Below, one piece after another: positions 1 to 11,577 of a DNA stretch of 56,715 nucleotides. The position numbers were made by a program, and so were the translations under genes. Position 1 is the first letter of the stretch; each line of letters opens with the position of its first letter. Below the pieces are notes generated by a model, which saw only the letters and a list, made by a program, of their open reading frames with translations, was not told the origin of the DNA and ran no database searches. Source of the DNA: a virus (taxonomy: Duplodnaviria > Heunggongvirae > Uroviricota > Caudoviricetes); IMG/VR virus record IMGVR_UViG_2622736468_000005. The stretch is one strand, 5' to 3'.

Positions 1-558
1 ATGAATACAGCTATAACTTTTTTTAACGAGTCACCAAAAGTCTTTTTCAAAGATGGTCGCCTGGTTACCACCTCTCAAGCTGTTGCCGACTACTTCGATA
101 AACAACATAAACACGTTTTAGCTAAGATTGACACACTCGACTGCTCTCCCGAATTTACATCAGCCAACTTTTCGGCCGATGTTCAGACTGTCGAAATTGG
201 CAACGGCGCAGAACGTGAATCACGATGCTACCTGATCACAAAAGACGGCTTCATGTTCCTCGTAATGGGATTTACTGGCAAAAAAGCAGCCAGACTAAAA
301 GAAGCTTACATTGAAAAATTTAACGCAATGGAAGAAGAACTCCACAAACGTCCTCCTGCAGCACAAAACTCCCCCGCCCCAAATAATGGATGCGCATTAC
401 TGATCCACTTCGATAAACACGGTCAGGTCGAGTTCACAGAAAAAGTCCCCGCCGATGCGATGGTATGCACTCTGGAACGGTTTAAATTTTATCTGGAGCA
501 ACATGGGTGGATCGTTGCCCGTAAAGAACAATTGGTGGAAAGGTTGATGCGGTTTTAA
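1..558 (+). CDS. Rha-family phage regulatory protein (antirepressor-like)
   Basis: 185-aa ORF from track; N-terminal region resembles Rha/phage regulatory protein family; hairpin plus T-run terminator just downstream (~570-600). Starts at window edge so true start uncertain. Confidence 0.5.
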   Translation: MNTAITFFNESPKVFFKDGRLVTTSQAVADYFDKQHKHVLAKIDTLDCSPEFTSANFSADVQTVEIGNGAERESRCYLITKDGFMFLVMGFTGKKAARLKEAYIEKFNAMEEELHKRPPAAQNSPAPNNGCALLIHFDKHGQVEFTEKVPADAMVCTLERFKFYLEQHGWIVARKEQLVERLMRF

Positions 559-684
559 TGAATGCAAAACCCCGGATGATCACCGGGGTTAATTTTATCG
601 AGCGTGATTGCCGCTAATCGCCATCGCTCTGATTGAGCGTAAATCATTCAGGTTATTCAGTTCTTCCTTCTGCTCTCGCTGACG

Positions 685-831
685 TCAATAAATCCCATCA
701 TTGCGATCAACCTCATCCTTAACCATTGATGCGAGCAGTTCTTCCAGTTTCTGCGCTGACAGCTTTACCTGGTGATCTTCAGCATCTTCCCGGGCTATTG
801 TGGTTCGCGCAGTGGCTGATTTTGCTGACAT
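685..831 (-). CDS. hypothetical small protein (48 aa from internal Met of track ORF 685..966)
   Basis: Only the distal part of the 93-aa track ORF lies outside the tfa-remnant; weak RBS; no recognisable motif. Confidence 0.15.
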   Translation of the reverse strand: MSAKSATARTTIAREDAEDHQVKLSAQKLEELLASMVKDEVDRNDGIY

Positions 832-919
832 CACCACAGGGGGCAGACGGACCATTGAACCATGGCCTCCGGAACAAATAAGGGCAAAAATAACAACCAC
901 TATCGAAAGCTCACAAACT

Positions 920-1135
920 AACCGCAGCACGTTCCTGCATACGACGTGTCTGCGGCATAATCCCAATGATTACTCCCTGACAGGATTTGCAGGCCACTCA
1001 ATATCAGGTGCAGTTGATGTATCAACACGATTCAACAATACCCGATATTTATTCCATGCCTCCAGCAACGATCTTTCTTCCGCCGTTGCGATTTCCAGAT
1101 CTACAGCATCCTGCAGTGGCGCAATATACTCACTG
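920..1135. repeat. direct repeat copy 1 (~216 bp) of the 3' end of tfa plus its terminator hairpin
   Basis: Near-identical by eye to 1971..2187; contains imperfect hairpin ccgcagcacg...cgtgtctgcgg. Confidence 0.8.
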
Positions 1136-1146
1136 AATTCCTAGAT
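964..1146 (-). pseudogene. tail fibre assembly protein C-terminal remnant (tfa fragment, no start codon)
   Basis: Minus-strand translation [60 protein letters not shown] closely matches the C-terminus of Tfa at 2019..2603; an in-frame stop lies immediately upstream. Confidence 0.7.
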
Positions 1147-1295
1147 GTGGAACTGTGTGGTGACGGTCTTCCAGCCATTCGGCTCCTGCTGTATCGAAGC
1201 ATACCAGGCTATTTCAATATCGCTATGCTGCGGCAGCATTTAACCCCTTGTAATTCATCGCCATAATTGATTTAATTAACAAATAAAACTATAAC

Positions 1296-1964
1296 ATGGT
1301 GAAATTAATGAAAAAAAACACAGATGATGGGGCTAAAATTTACACACCACTTACCCTAAAGCTTTATGACTGGTGGGTTTTGGGAGTATCAAATCGGCTT
1401 GCATGGGGATGTCCTACAAAGGAACACCTTCTTCCACACTTTCTGGAACATTTAGGTAACAACCATCTGGATATTGGTGTTGGAACTGGGTTTTACCTTA
1501 CTCACGTACCTGAGAGTAGTCTGATATCTTTAATGGATTTGAACGAAGCTAGCCTGAACGCGGCATCTACAAGGGCTGGGGAATCAAAAATTAAACATAA
1601 AATTAGCCATGATGTTTTTGAACCTTATCCCGCGGCGTTACATGGTCAATTTGATTCCATTTCCATGTTTTACCTTCTTCACTGCCTGCCTGGAAATATA
1701 TCTACAAAAAGCTGTGTAATACGCAATGCGGCGCAGGCCTTAACTGACGATGGAACTCTATACGGAGCCACAATTCTTGGCGATGGAGTTGTGCACAATA
1801 GCTTCGGTCAAAAACTGATGCGCATTTACAATCAGAAAGGCATCTTTTCAAACACAAAAGATTCCGAAGAAGGCTTAACACATATACTCTCAGAGCATTT
1901 CGAGAATGTTAAAACCAAGGTTCAAGGTACTGTAGTAATGTTTTCCGCTTCAGGGAAAAAATAG
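1296..1964 (+). CDS. class I SAM-dependent methyltransferase (moron; substrate unknown)
   Basis: 222-aa ORF; glycine-rich motif I LDIGVGTGFY typical of Rossmann-fold SAM methyltransferases; gene is AT-rich relative to flanking tail genes and on the opposite strand. Confidence 0.6.
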   Translation: MVKLMKKNTDDGAKIYTPLTLKLYDWWVLGVSNRLAWGCPTKEHLLPHFLEHLGNNHLDIGVGTGFYLTHVPESSLISLMDLNEASLNAASTRAGESKIKHKISHDVFEPYPAALHGQFDSISMFYLLHCLPGNISTKSCVIRNAAQALTDDGTLYGATILGDGVVHNSFGQKLMRIYNQKGIFSNTKDSEEGLTHILSEHFENVKTKVQGTVVMFSASGKK

Positions 1965-1970
1965 CATCCA

Positions 1971-2187
1971 ACCGCAGCACGTTCTTGCTTAAGACGTGCT
2001 GCGGCATAATCCCAATGATTACTCCCTGACAGGGTTCGTAGGCCACTCAATATCAGGTGCAGTTGATGTATCAACACGGTTCAGCAACACCCGATACTTT
2101 TTCCAGGCTTCCAGCAATGAGGTTTCTTCCTCCGTTGCGATTTCCAGATCTACAGCATCCTGAAGTGGCGCAATATGCTCACTGGCT
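1971..2187. repeat. direct repeat copy 2 (3' end of intact tfa plus terminator hairpin)
   Basis: Matches 920..1135; perfect hairpin ccgcagcacg(ttcttgcttaaga)cgtgctgcgg immediately after tfa stop. Confidence 0.8.
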
Positions 2188-2603
2188 ACCTGCATCAGGC
2201 TGTTTTTTGTTTCTTCCGCCTCCCGGATCCGGAACAGTTTTTCTGCTTCCGTATCCTTCACCCAGGCTGTGCCGTTCCACTTCTGAAACTCCCCTTCCGG
2301 GGATAACCAGGTAACATTTTCCGGTAACGGACCGAGTTCAGAAATAAATAACGCGTCGCCGGAAGCCACGTCATAAACCGTTTTACCCCGATGATCTTCA
2401 ACGAGATGCCACGATGACTCATCACTGTTGAAAACGGCCACAAAGCCAGCCGGAATATCTGGCGGTGCAATATCGGTACTGTTTGCTGGCAGACCTGTAT
2501 GAGGCGGAATATATGCGTCACCTTCACCAATAAACTCATTGGTTCCAGCCAGTAGATTATAAATTTTTATGGTCCGTGATTGTTCACTCATTCTGAATAC
2601 CAT
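2019..2603 (-). CDS. tfa: tail fibre assembly protein (lambda Tfa-like chaperone)
   Basis: 194-aa ORF directly downstream of stf with overlapping start/stop (2603); position and size as in lambda stf-tfa. Confidence 0.8.
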   Translation of the reverse strand: MVFRMSEQSRTIKIYNLLAGTNEFIGEGDAYIPPHTGLPANSTDIAPPDIPAGFVAVFNSDESSWHLVEDHRGKTVYDVASGDALFISELGPLPENVTWLSPEGEFQKWNGTAWVKDTEAEKLFRIREAEETKNSLMQVASEHIAPLQDAVDLEIATEEETSLLEAWKKYRVLLNRVDTSTAPDIEWPTNPVRE

Positions 2604-5600
2604 TATGCAAGCCTCACAATATAGTTAAATGCGATGTTTTTGACGGTGTTTTCCGCGTTACCAGCAGCGTTAACGGTGATGGTGTGTCCATGTGAACCAA
2701 TCGCAACCGAGTGCGTATGCGCACCAATACCTACAGTATGTGCGTGTGCACCTGCGCTTGCAGCAGTACCCGATACAGAGTGCGTATGAGCGCCTGCAGA
2801 AGAAGTGTTAACACTGTATTTAGAATAATCAGGTGATCCACTTCCCGGAGCACCTTTGGTGCCACCTGAAACAAATGTTATCGAATGGGTATGTGCACCG
2901 GCTGAAGCAGCCGTACCGCTAACACTATGGGTATGCGCCCCGGTGTTATTCGTGGATTTAGTGCCGTAATCAAACGACGATGTGGTTTTCGTCCCCAAAT
3001 CCGTACTGGATGCGCTGGCGCTGTGGGTGTGCGATTTAATGCCGTCCTGTTCCTGAGACAATACGGCCCGACCACTGGCAGGTTTGCCCTTAATCGTCCA
3101 GCCACGCATATCAGGGATCACGCCTGACGGATAAGCGGCTGCAAGTTTCGGGTATGCAGATTTGTCAAAAGTCTGCCCCTGCATCAGGGCATAACCAGAC
3201 GGAACGGTATCTGATGGCCACGGGATTGGTGCGCCGACTGGGTAGCTTTCTGGTGGAAGATTTTTCGAGGTATAAACTTCTGCCCAGTCTTCCTCAAAAC
3301 CATAGCCATCTCTTGAGGAACGGTAGAACAGACCTCCATTTCTGTAATGCGCCTTCATCCGCAGGGTCCGGCAACTTCCGACTCCGGTATAGAAGTTAAC
3401 CAGAATATAGCTGTTGCCAGAGCGGGTGACATTGTAAGCGCCTGATTCGGCATTCCATGGAACGCCACCATCCGCATCGGCATATGTATCCGTTGCCCTT
3501 CTGGCAAAAGCAGCCACATGCGCGGCGGTTAAAGTAATATCTTTTGAACCATCAAACTCAACCCCAGAAACCCGTCTTGGCGTTTGCAGCTTTGTTGCTG
3601 TCAATGCGTTACCGTTCAGACTTGCAGACAGCTTGGTTCCAATAACCAGTTCGCCGGTTGCGTTATCAATAGCAAACGGTCTTAATGTATTCCATCCACC
3701 ATAAACATCACCTTGATTGGTAAGCAGCAGGTAAGTTTTAGCGCCATCATTACGCCATAATGCCCCATACTCCCCACCTATCATTCGAATCTGATTACCA
3801 CCACGCGCTACAATTTCGTCTGTGGCAAAAAGTTTTTTGCACGACAAGTTATCGTTAACGATTAACGAATGGGACTCATAAAAACCACGCCCACTCTTAA
3901 AATCAAGGATAACGTCCGCCGCGATACATTCAGTCGCCGGATTTGTTGCCCCAAACTTATAGGTCGTATCATTAACAACGAGATCAGCACCAGGTGCGGA
4001 TATTGACAGGCCATCTTCGATAAACGCAAAAACAGGGAAAGCAGCGCCATCAACATAGAACACAGAGCGCAAATCATCGCCCTTATTACTCATCATTATT
4101 GAGTGGATGGCTCGTTCATTGTTTTGATATTGCCAGAACATTCCATAAGCATAACGCCCCCTGTCAGTCCAGCCACCAGGCATAACAAATCCGTTAAACT
4201 CGCAGTTATTCATCGGATCGCCTGCGGTTCGCGTTGCCGTGGTGATAATGACCCTTGATGCCAGTTCGCTTACTGAGCCAGCAGAACGCATAACAACAAC
4301 AGGATAATATTTTCCAGATGTTGCACCTGCAGGAGCGTTAACCCGCACATAACGCATACCACGTTTATCAGCAAAGTCTGTTTTACTGACCGCGTTAATG
4401 TTGTTCAGGAAGCGTCCCTTATCGGGTATATCAGCGCCGTTCTGGTCTTTCTGCAGACGTTTCTCTGCATTGTCATAGGCTGCTTTTACTGCCTTTGGCG
4501 TTGCCGCCAGCGTTTCAGACGTGCTGTTGGTCGCGCTGCTGAGCTGTACTATCCCCTTTTTCGTCGTGCTCGCATCCTCAAGCGCCACGGCGGATGCAAT
4601 ATCCTCTGCCCGTTTTGCCGCTGTCTCGGCGCGCGTTGCCGCGGATTCCGCCGTACTTTTGCTCTGAGCTGCCGCCGTCGCACTGCCAGCTGCCTCTGTC
4701 GCCTTCGTGGATGCCGTCGTGGCGCTGCCCTTTGCTGCTGACGCCTGTCTGGTCGCCTCATCTTTTGAAGCAGACGCAGATGATGCCGATGACGCCGCCG
4801 AACTGGCGGACGATGCGGCAGCCGTTTTTGAGGATTCTGCGCTGGTTTCCGAGGCTTTCGCGTTCGTTTCGGATGTCTTCGCTGCCTCTTTTGAGGCCGC
4901 CGCATCCCGTGCTGAAGTGGCTGCTTCTGACGCTTTCGTGGTCGCGGTGGATGCAGAAGTGGCTGCTGATTGTTGTGACGCTGCCGCATTCGTTTCTGAC
5001 GTTTTCGCCGCACCGGCACTGGTAGCCGCCGCGCTTTTTGAGGACTCTGCAGCGGCAGCACTTTTTGATGTTTCAGTAGCCTTTGTTGATGCCGTTCCTG
5101 CGCTGGAAGACGCTGACTGAGCCGACATCGCGGCCTGCCCGGCTGATGTGCTGGCTGCACGTGCTGAGCCTGCAGCATCAGTCGCATGGGTTGCCGCCTC
5201 ACTGGCAGATATGCTGGCATCGCTGGCTGACTTCTTCGCGGCTGCCGTGTTCTGTGCCACCGCGGACGCGTTACGCGCCACCTCTTCCACCATCAGTTCA
5301 AAACGGCGCAGTGCCTCAGGACGGGCATCATCCTCCGTCATGGCACCGAGAAAATCATTCAGCGTACCTGGTCTGGAACCTTCATAGACGGTAATGGTCC
5401 CGGCATGTGAAGGCGGAAAACCTTCAACCAGCAGGGTGACGCTGTACTGACCATGCTCAACATCCATGCTGTAACGTCCGGCTTCATCCGGATTTTCAGA
5501 GGCCACCGTGTTCACCACCACCGTGCTGCTGGTTCGTCTGGCCTTCAGCACAATGGTGCAGTTCTGTACTGGTTTTCCTGTGCCATCTTTAAGCACGCCA

Positions 5601-5629
5601 GAAATTTTTACTGTCATACTTTCCACCAA
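2603..5629 (-). CDS. stf: side tail fibre protein (lambda Stf-like)
   Basis: 1008-aa ORF; N-terminus [26 protein letters not shown]... and C-terminus ...[31 protein letters not shown] match lambda Stf as I recall it; central Ala/Ser/Thr-rich low-complexity region. Confidence 0.85.
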   Translation of the reverse strand: MVESMTVKISGVLKDGTGKPVQNCTIVLKARRTSSTVVVNTVASENPDEAGRYSMDVEHGQYSVTLLVEGFPPSHAGTITVYEGSRPGTLNDFLGAMTEDDARPEALRRFELMVEEVARNASAVAQNTAAAKKSASDASISASEAATHATDAAGSARAASTSAGQAAMSAQSASSSAGTASTKATETSKSAAAAESSKSAAATSAGAAKTSETNAAASQQSAATSASTATTKASEAATSARDAAASKEAAKTSETNAKASETSAESSKTAAASSASSAASSASSASASKDEATRQASAAKGSATTASTKATEAAGSATAAAQSKSTAESAATRAETAAKRAEDIASAVALEDASTTKKGIVQLSSATNSTSETLAATPKAVKAAYDNAEKRLQKDQNGADIPDKGRFLNNINAVSKTDFADKRGMRYVRVNAPAGATSGKYYPVVVMRSAGSVSELASRVIITTATRTAGDPMNNCEFNGFVMPGGWTDRGRYAYGMFWQYQNNERAIHSIMMSNKGDDLRSVFYVDGAAFPVFAFIEDGLSISAPGADLVVNDTTYKFGATNPATECIAADVILDFKSGRGFYESHSLIVNDNLSCKKLFATDEIVARGGNQIRMIGGEYGALWRNDGAKTYLLLTNQGDVYGGWNTLRPFAIDNATGELVIGTKLSASLNGNALTATKLQTPRRVSGVEFDGSKDITLTAAHVAAFARRATDTYADADGGVPWNAESGAYNVTRSGNSYILVNFYTGVGSCRTLRMKAHYRNGGLFYRSSRDGYGFEEDWAEVYTSKNLPPESYPVGAPIPWPSDTVPSGYALMQGQTFDKSAYPKLAAAYPSGVIPDMRGWTIKGKPASGRAVLSQEQDGIKSHTHSASASSTDLGTKTTSSFDYGTKSTNNTGAHTHSVSGTAASAGAHTHSITFVSGGTKGAPGSGSPDYSKYSVNTSSAGAHTHSVSGTAASAGAHAHTVGIGAHTHSVAIGSHGHTITVNAAGNAENTVKNIAFNYIVRLA

Positions 5630-5767
5630 TAAAAAAAGCCCGCAGCAGTGACGCTACGGGCTTCAGGACAGTGTAACTTTACGTTTCCTCAAATGCAGTT
5701 CACCCCATAAGGTGGATGAACCTGCGTATCATAACAATATTTACAGAAGATAAATCGGCGTCTGTTG

Positions 5768-6367
5768 TCAGAAACGGTATCCGATACCAACAATAAATGC
5801 ATCCGTTCGCCAGTCGCCACTACCGGAACCTTCATAAGCAAGGTCAACGGCCACGGATTCGGTCGGGTTAAACTGCACGCCAGCTCCCCACGCCAGAGAC
5901 GTGTTGCTGTGGCGACCGTCATCACTTCCGGTCAGCACGTCGTGCGTTTTCCCCTTGTTGTCAGTTACGCGGAGATAATCCCCGGAGAAAGTCGACACAC
6001 GGCTGTAAGCCACACCCGCCATCGAATACGCGCTGAACCATTCATTCACGCGTACAGACGGCCCCGCCATCACGCTGAACCAGCGGTTACGCACGGAATC
6101 TTCATGCCAGCGGGTATCGCTGTAGCGCGTTTTTTGCTCATCCTCAGCATTGGCATAACTGAAGGACGTAATCAGCCCCAGCGCGTCCGTAAACTCATAA
6201 CGGTATTTCACGTTAATCCCGTTCAGATCATCACTACCGGGAACGTTCGTCGAGGCATGGAGATACCCCGCGCTCAGCGTGGACTGATGTTCTGCTGCAC
6301 TCGCTGGCGTAGCAGCGGCGACCTGCCAGACTACTGCGGACAAAATAACAGCACATAATTTACGCAT
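5768..6367 (-). CDS. lom: Lom/Ail/PagC-family outer membrane beta-barrel protein
   Basis: 199-aa ORF with signal peptide (AAATPASA-AE), ends in aromatic residue (GYRF); located between J and stf as in lambda. Confidence 0.8.
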   Translation of the reverse strand: MRKLCAVILSAVVWQVAAATPASAAEHQSTLSAGYLHASTNVPGSDDLNGINVKYRYEFTDALGLITSFSYANAEDEQKTRYSDTRWHEDSVRNRWFSVMAGPSVRVNEWFSAYSMAGVAYSRVSTFSGDYLRVTDNKGKTHDVLTGSDDGRHSNTSLAWGAGVQFNPTESVAVDLAYEGSGSGDWRTDAFIVGIGYRF

Positions 6368-6434
6368 AATTACCTCTCGCTTTTCTGCAATAAAAAAGGC
6401 GCCATTTCTGGCGCCCGTATCTGGGTTATAAAAT

Positions 6435-9400
6435 TCAGCTAATCGTGATGCCTGCAGTGGCTTTCTTCATCACCACAACCAGCAAATCGCTGATACTTGC
6501 TGTGGGATACCAGTTATTTACCAGCCATGCTGACACCGAAAACTCCAGTGTCATGTGACCGTGACCGGCAGGCATATCAATAACACCACTGTAAATCAGC
6601 GTATTATCCAGCGCGGTACGGTTATAAATTTCAGCACCGTTTTTCCGCACTATCAGACGGCATGAGGAGTAAATATCAGTATGCTCTTTCTCATGTTTAG
6701 CGCCGCTGAATGCCACCGCCGGAATAACAATCTGCCGGTCAAACGGCTGATCGTCATAAACCCTGACGGTAATGGTTCCTGATGGCCACCGCTCCGGTGC
6801 ACGGGAGTCCCGGGGGAAAGCTTTGCCCACTGTTTTAACGAGATCGCCTTCAATCTGGTTCGCGGACAATTTTCCCAGAACCCGACAGTTCTCGTTAATC
6901 GTGACGTTGTTGAGCGTCCCGGAGTTCGCATTCACGTTACCGCTGATATCGGCATTTTTCGCCGTCAGCCGCCCGTCCGGTGTCAGGGAAAATGCCGGAG
7001 GATTACCGCCGCTGGTAATGGTGGGAGCCGTCAGATATTTCAGGAACACTTCATTCATAAATATCTGATCGCCCTGACCAACAAACATCGGCTTTGTGTT
7101 GCCATTCGCAGGATTAATCATCGCAATCCTGTCTGCCGCCAGCAGCACCTGACTCTGCATTCCTGCTGGCGTATTCTCAATACCGGCACCGATACCCGCA
7201 ATATAAAGGCGTCCGTCCTGCATCTGCTGCAGTTTCACGGCCCACATGCTGTTCAGGTTATTATTTGTATCAACCTGAACTTTCTGTATCTGCTGGATTG
7301 CCGCACTCTGATTTTCCAGTTTTTTATTGACGGTCTGCGTGATTTCATTGCTGACATTCGTAATGGACGTCCTGATTTCAGCCAGGTCCGGCGCAAGCTG
7401 ACCGTTATCAATCTGCGTCCACAGCTCCTGGGCCAGATGTGTTTTCCCGATTTCTCCTTTGAAAAAATCCAGGTAACCTTCCGCATCATCGCTCGCCCGA
7501 CCGACAGCCTCCACGAATGCCGATTTGCCAACAGTATTCACACTGCGGATATAAAAATAATAATCATGGCCCGGCTTGATATTGATACTGGCAGCTATCC
7601 AGTACAGCGCCGAGCCAAGATAGCGGGCTGCGGTTTCAACCTGCCTGATATCCGCAATCCGCTTTTCTGAGAACCAGAACTCAAACTGTACCGTCGGATC
7701 ATAAACGGCAAGATACGGCGTGGCGGTTATCTGAAAATAGCCCGGCGTCAGCTCAATCCGCGACGGCGCTGCCGGTGCGGCAATCCGGAAGGTGGTGGTG
7801 GCAGGTTCACCCTGCTGGCCATAGCTGTTTATCGCCCGCACCGTCAGGGTGTATTCCCCGAGCGGCAGGCCGCTGAAACGGTGCTCCGTGTCTGCGGTGA
7901 TGGCGGTGGTCACCAGTCTGGCATCCGTTCCCTTACCACTGGTCAGGCGCAGACTGAAGCGCACACCCTTCACCACCCGCGGCGTGTCCCATTTCGCCTG
8001 CGCCAGATACTGGCCGTCAGCTGCGCTCACCTCCACCGTCAGGTGCTGCACTGCCGGTGGGATGACGCTGTTCAGGGAACCTGACTGCGGCTCAAAGCGG
8101 GCACCGTTATCCACGATGGCTTCTTTTTCCGGTACGTGCTGCACCGCCGTGATGGCAAAGGTGCCGTCCGTGTTTTCCCGGACGGAGACACAGCGGAACA
8201 GGCGACGGCGCAGTGACGGCAGGGAGAGTCCCCACACCCCGTATGTCTCCACACCATCAGGCAGGGTACTGACCTGTATCCGGTCCGGCGCGGGGTGTTC
8301 GGTGATGTCCACACTCACCGGCTTACCGCTGCCGTTAATCAGGTTCACCGTGGCGGCACCGGTCTCCGGAAGTGTCACTTCACGGTCCAGCGTCAGGGTG
8401 CGGGTGGCAGCATCAATGGACAGGACACGTCCGCCGGTCAGGGTCCCGGCATAGTCGTTATCACAGATTTCAATGATGTCACCGGGTGTGTGCCGCAGCC
8501 CCTGAGACCCGAGCGTGAAATCCACCGTCTGCGTTTCCAGCAGTTCGGTCTTTATCACCCACAGTCCGGCACGGTGGGCCTGACCGCGGCTGGTACAGCC
8601 GAACGCGTCCATCTTCAGCAGGTTGCGTCCGTAGCGCAGTATGGCTTCCGGGTCTTCCACCAGTTCCGTGGAGGTCTGCCAGCCGTTCTGCGGGTCGGTG
8701 TAATTCACCTCCACCGCCGTGTGCCGGTCCTTCAGGGCACTGAAGCTGTAGCGGAATCCCACGCCGTTATCATCCACCACCACATCGCTGTTGGTGTACG
8801 GCCACACCACATCCGACGGGCGGTCCTGAACGAACGTCAGCGTCTGACCGTTCCATACCGGCATACAGCGCATCGCAGAGCAGAAATCACTGAGAACGTC
8901 CCACGCCTTACGCTGTTGTGCCAGGTACGCATTAAAGGTCATCCGCGGCTCGGTCCCCCCGAAACCATCCGGGACCGTCTGATCGCAGTACTGCCCGATG
9001 GCATACAGCGCCCACTTGTCCACATCCGCCGCCCCCAGACGTTTTCCCATGCCGTAGCGCGGGTGAGTCAGCATGTCCCACAGGCACCAGGCCGGGTTGT
9101 TGCTGTATGCCGGTTTCAGACTGCCGTCCCAGATACCACTGTACGTGCGTTTTTCCGGGTCATAGTTTGACGGCACCTGGATGATGCGACCGCGGATATG
9201 GTAGTTCACCGTCATCTGCTGGCCGCCGAACTGCTCCGCATCCACCTGCAGCCCCACAATGGCCGTGTTCGGGTAGCACTGTTTCACATCGATGATTTCG
9301 GTGTATGACGACCACAGCGTCTTATTCTGCAGCTGGTCCGTGGTGCTGTCCGCCGTCTCCCTGACCATCCGGATGTTAAAGGGCCGGGGAGGCAGATTAT

Positions 9401-9908
9401 CCAGAATCACCGAGGCCAGGAACTGTGAGGTGGTCTTGCCGTTAATGGTGACGTCCTTTTCCGTCACCCAGCGGCCATTACGCTGTAACTGAATCAGAAT
9501 CCGGACAGAGGAAGGATTACGGTCGCCCTTTGACGTGGTCTGCACCAGTGACTGCACCCCGAAGGTAACCCGCAGGCGGTCAATGTTCGCGGACGTAATG
9601 GTGCGCGTCACCGGTTTTGCCTTCGTCACTTCCACGCCCAGTCCGGTTTCAGCTCCGGAGGACTCAAAGCCTTCCGGTGGTGTCTGCTCCTGCTCCCCGG
9701 CGCGCCAGACCGCCGTCACACCGTGTATCACGGGATTGCCGTCCGTGTCCGTCAGTGGGGTTTTGTTCACCAGAATACTCTGCAGTCCCTTCACCGGACC
9801 TTCTATCGGTCCCTCACCAATCGCATCAATCACACTCATCATCTGCGTGGATTTGAGATTATCCTTCGCCTCACGAGGCGTGTGTGCCTTACCGCCACCT
9901 TTTCCCAT
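6435..9908 (-). CDS. J: tail tip host-specificity protein J
   Basis: 1157-aa ORF; long N-terminal and internal stretches collinear with lambda gpJ (e.g. [22 protein letters not shown]..., [25 protein letters not shown]...). Confidence 0.9.
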   Translation of the reverse strand: MGKGGGKAHTPREAKDNLKSTQMMSVIDAIGEGPIEGPVKGLQSILVNKTPLTDTDGNPVIHGVTAVWRAGEQEQTPPEGFESSGAETGLGVEVTKAKPVTRTITSANIDRLRVTFGVQSLVQTTSKGDRNPSSVRILIQLQRNGRWVTEKDVTINGKTTSQFLASVILDNLPPRPFNIRMVRETADSTTDQLQNKTLWSSYTEIIDVKQCYPNTAIVGLQVDAEQFGGQQMTVNYHIRGRIIQVPSNYDPEKRTYSGIWDGSLKPAYSNNPAWCLWDMLTHPRYGMGKRLGAADVDKWALYAIGQYCDQTVPDGFGGTEPRMTFNAYLAQQRKAWDVLSDFCSAMRCMPVWNGQTLTFVQDRPSDVVWPYTNSDVVVDDNGVGFRYSFSALKDRHTAVEVNYTDPQNGWQTSTELVEDPEAILRYGRNLLKMDAFGCTSRGQAHRAGLWVIKTELLETQTVDFTLGSQGLRHTPGDIIEICDNDYAGTLTGGRVLSIDAATRTLTLDREVTLPETGAATVNLINGSGKPVSVDITEHPAPDRIQVSTLPDGVETYGVWGLSLPSLRRRLFRCVSVRENTDGTFAITAVQHVPEKEAIVDNGARFEPQSGSLNSVIPPAVQHLTVEVSAADGQYLAQAKWDTPRVVKGVRFSLRLTSGKGTDARLVTTAITADTEHRFSGLPLGEYTLTVRAINSYGQQGEPATTTFRIAAPAAPSRIELTPGYFQITATPYLAVYDPTVQFEFWFSEKRIADIRQVETAARYLGSALYWIAASINIKPGHDYYFYIRSVNTVGKSAFVEAVGRASDDAEGYLDFFKGEIGKTHLAQELWTQIDNGQLAPDLAEIRTSITNVSNEITQTVNKKLENQSAAIQQIQKVQVDTNNNLNSMWAVKLQQMQDGRLYIAGIGAGIENTPAGMQSQVLLAADRIAMINPANGNTKPMFVGQGDQIFMNEVFLKYLTAPTITSGGNPPAFSLTPDGRLTAKNADISGNVNANSGTLNNVTINENCRVLGKLSANQIEGDLVKTVGKAFPRDSRAPERWPSGTITVRVYDDQPFDRQIVIPAVAFSGAKHEKEHTDIYSSCRLIVRKNGAEIYNRTALDNTLIYSGVIDMPAGHGHMTLEFSVSAWLVNNWYPTASISDLLVVVMKKATAGITIS

Positions 9909-10016
9909 ACAGCCTTCCCCTGAATAAATTAACCGCCACTTGCCATTCCGTACAGAAGTCGGATATCCTTCGCCCGAAAAGCATGAAACACATTTCTGCC
10001 ATGCTAAAGAGAAACC

Positions 10017-10048
10017 CCGGTATCAGCAGATACCGGGGTTTTCTTTCA
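10017..10048 (+). terminator. intrinsic terminator-like hairpin (ccccggtatc-agca-gataccgggg + T-run) in I-J intergenic region
   Basis: Perfect 10-bp stem followed by ttttcttt on plus strand; weaker in minus orientation. Confidence 0.45.
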
Positions 10049-10147
10049 TGCCCACCGATAATCCTGTTGGTTAAAACCGGTAATGGCATAAAAATTCTGA
10101 ATATCTTCACATTTTCACACACTGACTGTGGCGCTTATAATTTCGCT

Positions 10148-10246
10148 GCGTTAGTGTTTTTTTGCCCGAGTAACAAAAACAACTCCTTAACATTGATCTT
10201 CATTTGTCTGTCCCCGCAGCTCCGCGATCACTGCGGGATTTTTTTA
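10148..10246 (+). ncRNA. candidate small RNA antisense to the tail operon (promoter at 10114..10141, terminator at 10212..10245)
   Basis: -35 TTCACA / 16 bp / -10 TATAAT on plus strand, then about 100 nt with no good ORF, ending in hairpin cccgcag...ctgcggg + T7. Confidence 0.3.
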
Positions 10247-10250
10247 TGTT

Positions 10251-10931
10251 TTATCCCTGTCGCCCGATAACCACGACCTTTCCGCCCCCGCCTTCATCAC
10301 GGGTGCTGATGTCCTGGGATATACGGCGGGAGCCAACCAGCATTTCCCCGTAAGGCACCGGCATCGGGTTCCCCTGGGCAATCATGTTATCCAGCGAGGA
10401 AAAGTACGTGTTCTGTCTGCCGTTATCCGTTGCGCGGTAATCCGGTGTTTTTGCCTTCGGGGCCAGCATCTGGGCCACTCCGCCCAGAATCATGCTGGCT
10501 CCAAGTGAAAACAGCATCGTGGTGGCAGAAAAACCACCGGCTGCCAGGGCTGAACCCCATAACGCCATTGATGCCCCGGCAGTGAAGAAAGAGCCCACGA
10601 TGGCTGCCGCCCCCAGCACAATCTGCAGTCCACCCTTTCCGGCCCCGGCCAGTCGCGGCACAATGTGGATGACCGTTCCCTCACCCAGCTGTTCGTGAAG
10701 ACGGGCGTACACCGCCTCCGGTGCCGTGTCATAACCGGCAATACGTATCTGGTACCAGCCTTCGTTCATCTGACGGCGAAAGCCCGGCATCTGCATCGAC
10801 AGGGCGCGAATGGCTTCCGCTGCCGTGTTCACATACAGGCTGAGGCGGCGGCCAAATCGTTGTAAATCCCCGTGAAGGCAGATGCGTGCCAGTGGCGGTG
10901 ACGCCAGACTGAATGCGTTCGTCGTTGCCAT
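10251..10931 (-). CDS. I: tail assembly protein I
   Basis: 226-aa ORF; N-terminus ...LASPPLARICLHGDLQRFGRR... and glycine-rich hydrophobic middle match lambda gpI. Confidence 0.85.
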   Translation of the reverse strand: MATTNAFSLASPPLARICLHGDLQRFGRRLSLYVNTAAEAIRALSMQMPGFRRQMNEGWYQIRIAGYDTAPEAVYARLHEQLGEGTVIHIVPRLAGAGKGGLQIVLGAAAIVGSFFTAGASMALWGSALAAGGFSATTMLFSLGASMILGGVAQMLAPKAKTPDYRATDNGRQNTYFSSLDNMIAQGNPMPVPYGEMLVGSRRISQDISTRDEGGGGKVVVIGRQG

Positions 10932-11572
10932 TTTTCGGAATACCTCTCCCGTTTACTCAGTTGTTCAGGCAGATGGTGAAGCAGCTCACCGTTGCCGCAG
11001 TAAATGGCGGCATGGTTCGGTACCGAAGCACCAAAGCAGCACAGCAGAATATCGCCCGCCTGTGCAGAGGACAGGGGCACCCGGTAAAAGCCGGTGACCG
11101 CCATATTGTCCAGGTACAGGTTCTGGCCGTTGCGCCACCAGTCATCCTCGCGATGAAAATCCGGCATATCAATTCCCGCCAGATGGTATGCATCCCGGAA
11201 CAGCGTGTAACAGTCCGTCACCCCGTGCTCAAAGCGCCGTCCTGTCAGATGTGGCACACAGCGGAATTTATGAATTTCCCCCCGGCAGACCAGCCACCAG
11301 GGCAGTGCGCTTTTTATCTGCAGCCGCCGGTCAGCCTCGCTCAGCCAGGGCAGCTCACCGGGATGACTGTGGACCAGTGCCACAATCTCCCCCTGCATCT
11401 CTGCCCGCAGCCAGTCTTCCGGTGCGATACGAAAATACGCCTCCGGCTCTGCGGAAATATTCACACAAGGGATATACCGCTCCCCCTCCGGCGTGCTTAT
11501 CACGAAGCCGCACGACTCCGCAGGCGCACACCGCCGGGCATGTGCCAGAATCGCTGATTCAGTCTGTGTCAT
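10829..11572 (-). CDS. K: tail assembly protein K (JAB/MPN + NlpC/P60-like)
   Basis: 247-aa ORF; HSHP metal-binding motif and Cys-containing C-terminal half as in lambda gpK; 103-bp overlap with I suggests 3' end uncertain. Confidence 0.8.
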   Translation of the reverse strand: MTQTESAILAHARRCAPAESCGFVISTPEGERYIPCVNISAEPEAYFRIAPEDWLRAEMQGEIVALVHSHPGELPWLSEADRRLQIKSALPWWLVCRGEIHKFRCVPHLTGRRFEHGVTDCYTLFRDAYHLAGIDMPDFHREDDWWRNGQNLYLDNMAVTGFYRVPLSSAQAGDILLCCFGASVPNHAAIYCGNGELLHHLPEQLSKRERYSEKWQRRTHSVWRHRHWHASAFTGIYNDLAAASACM

Positions 11573-11577
11573 TGGAT

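Noticed and set aside
4549-5394. Several long plus- and minus-strand ORFs (e.g. 4549..5220, 4594..5025, 4707..5120, 5083..5394) inside the stf gene
   Set aside because: They lie in the Ala/Ser/Thr-rich low-complexity part of the tail fibre gene, where alternative frames stay open by composition; their Arg/Pro/Gln-rich translations are not protein-like.
7849-9170. Plus-strand ORFs of 201 and 291 aa within gene J
   Set aside because: Antisense to a strongly supported 1157-aa J gene; Arg/Pro-rich translations typical of reverse-frame artefacts in GC-rich coding DNA.
9884-10270. 128-aa plus-strand ORF and 77-aa minus-strand ORF in the I-J intergenic region
   Set aside because: Both span the terminator hairpins and promoter-like sequence, and lack an RBS; region interpreted as regulatory or sRNA.
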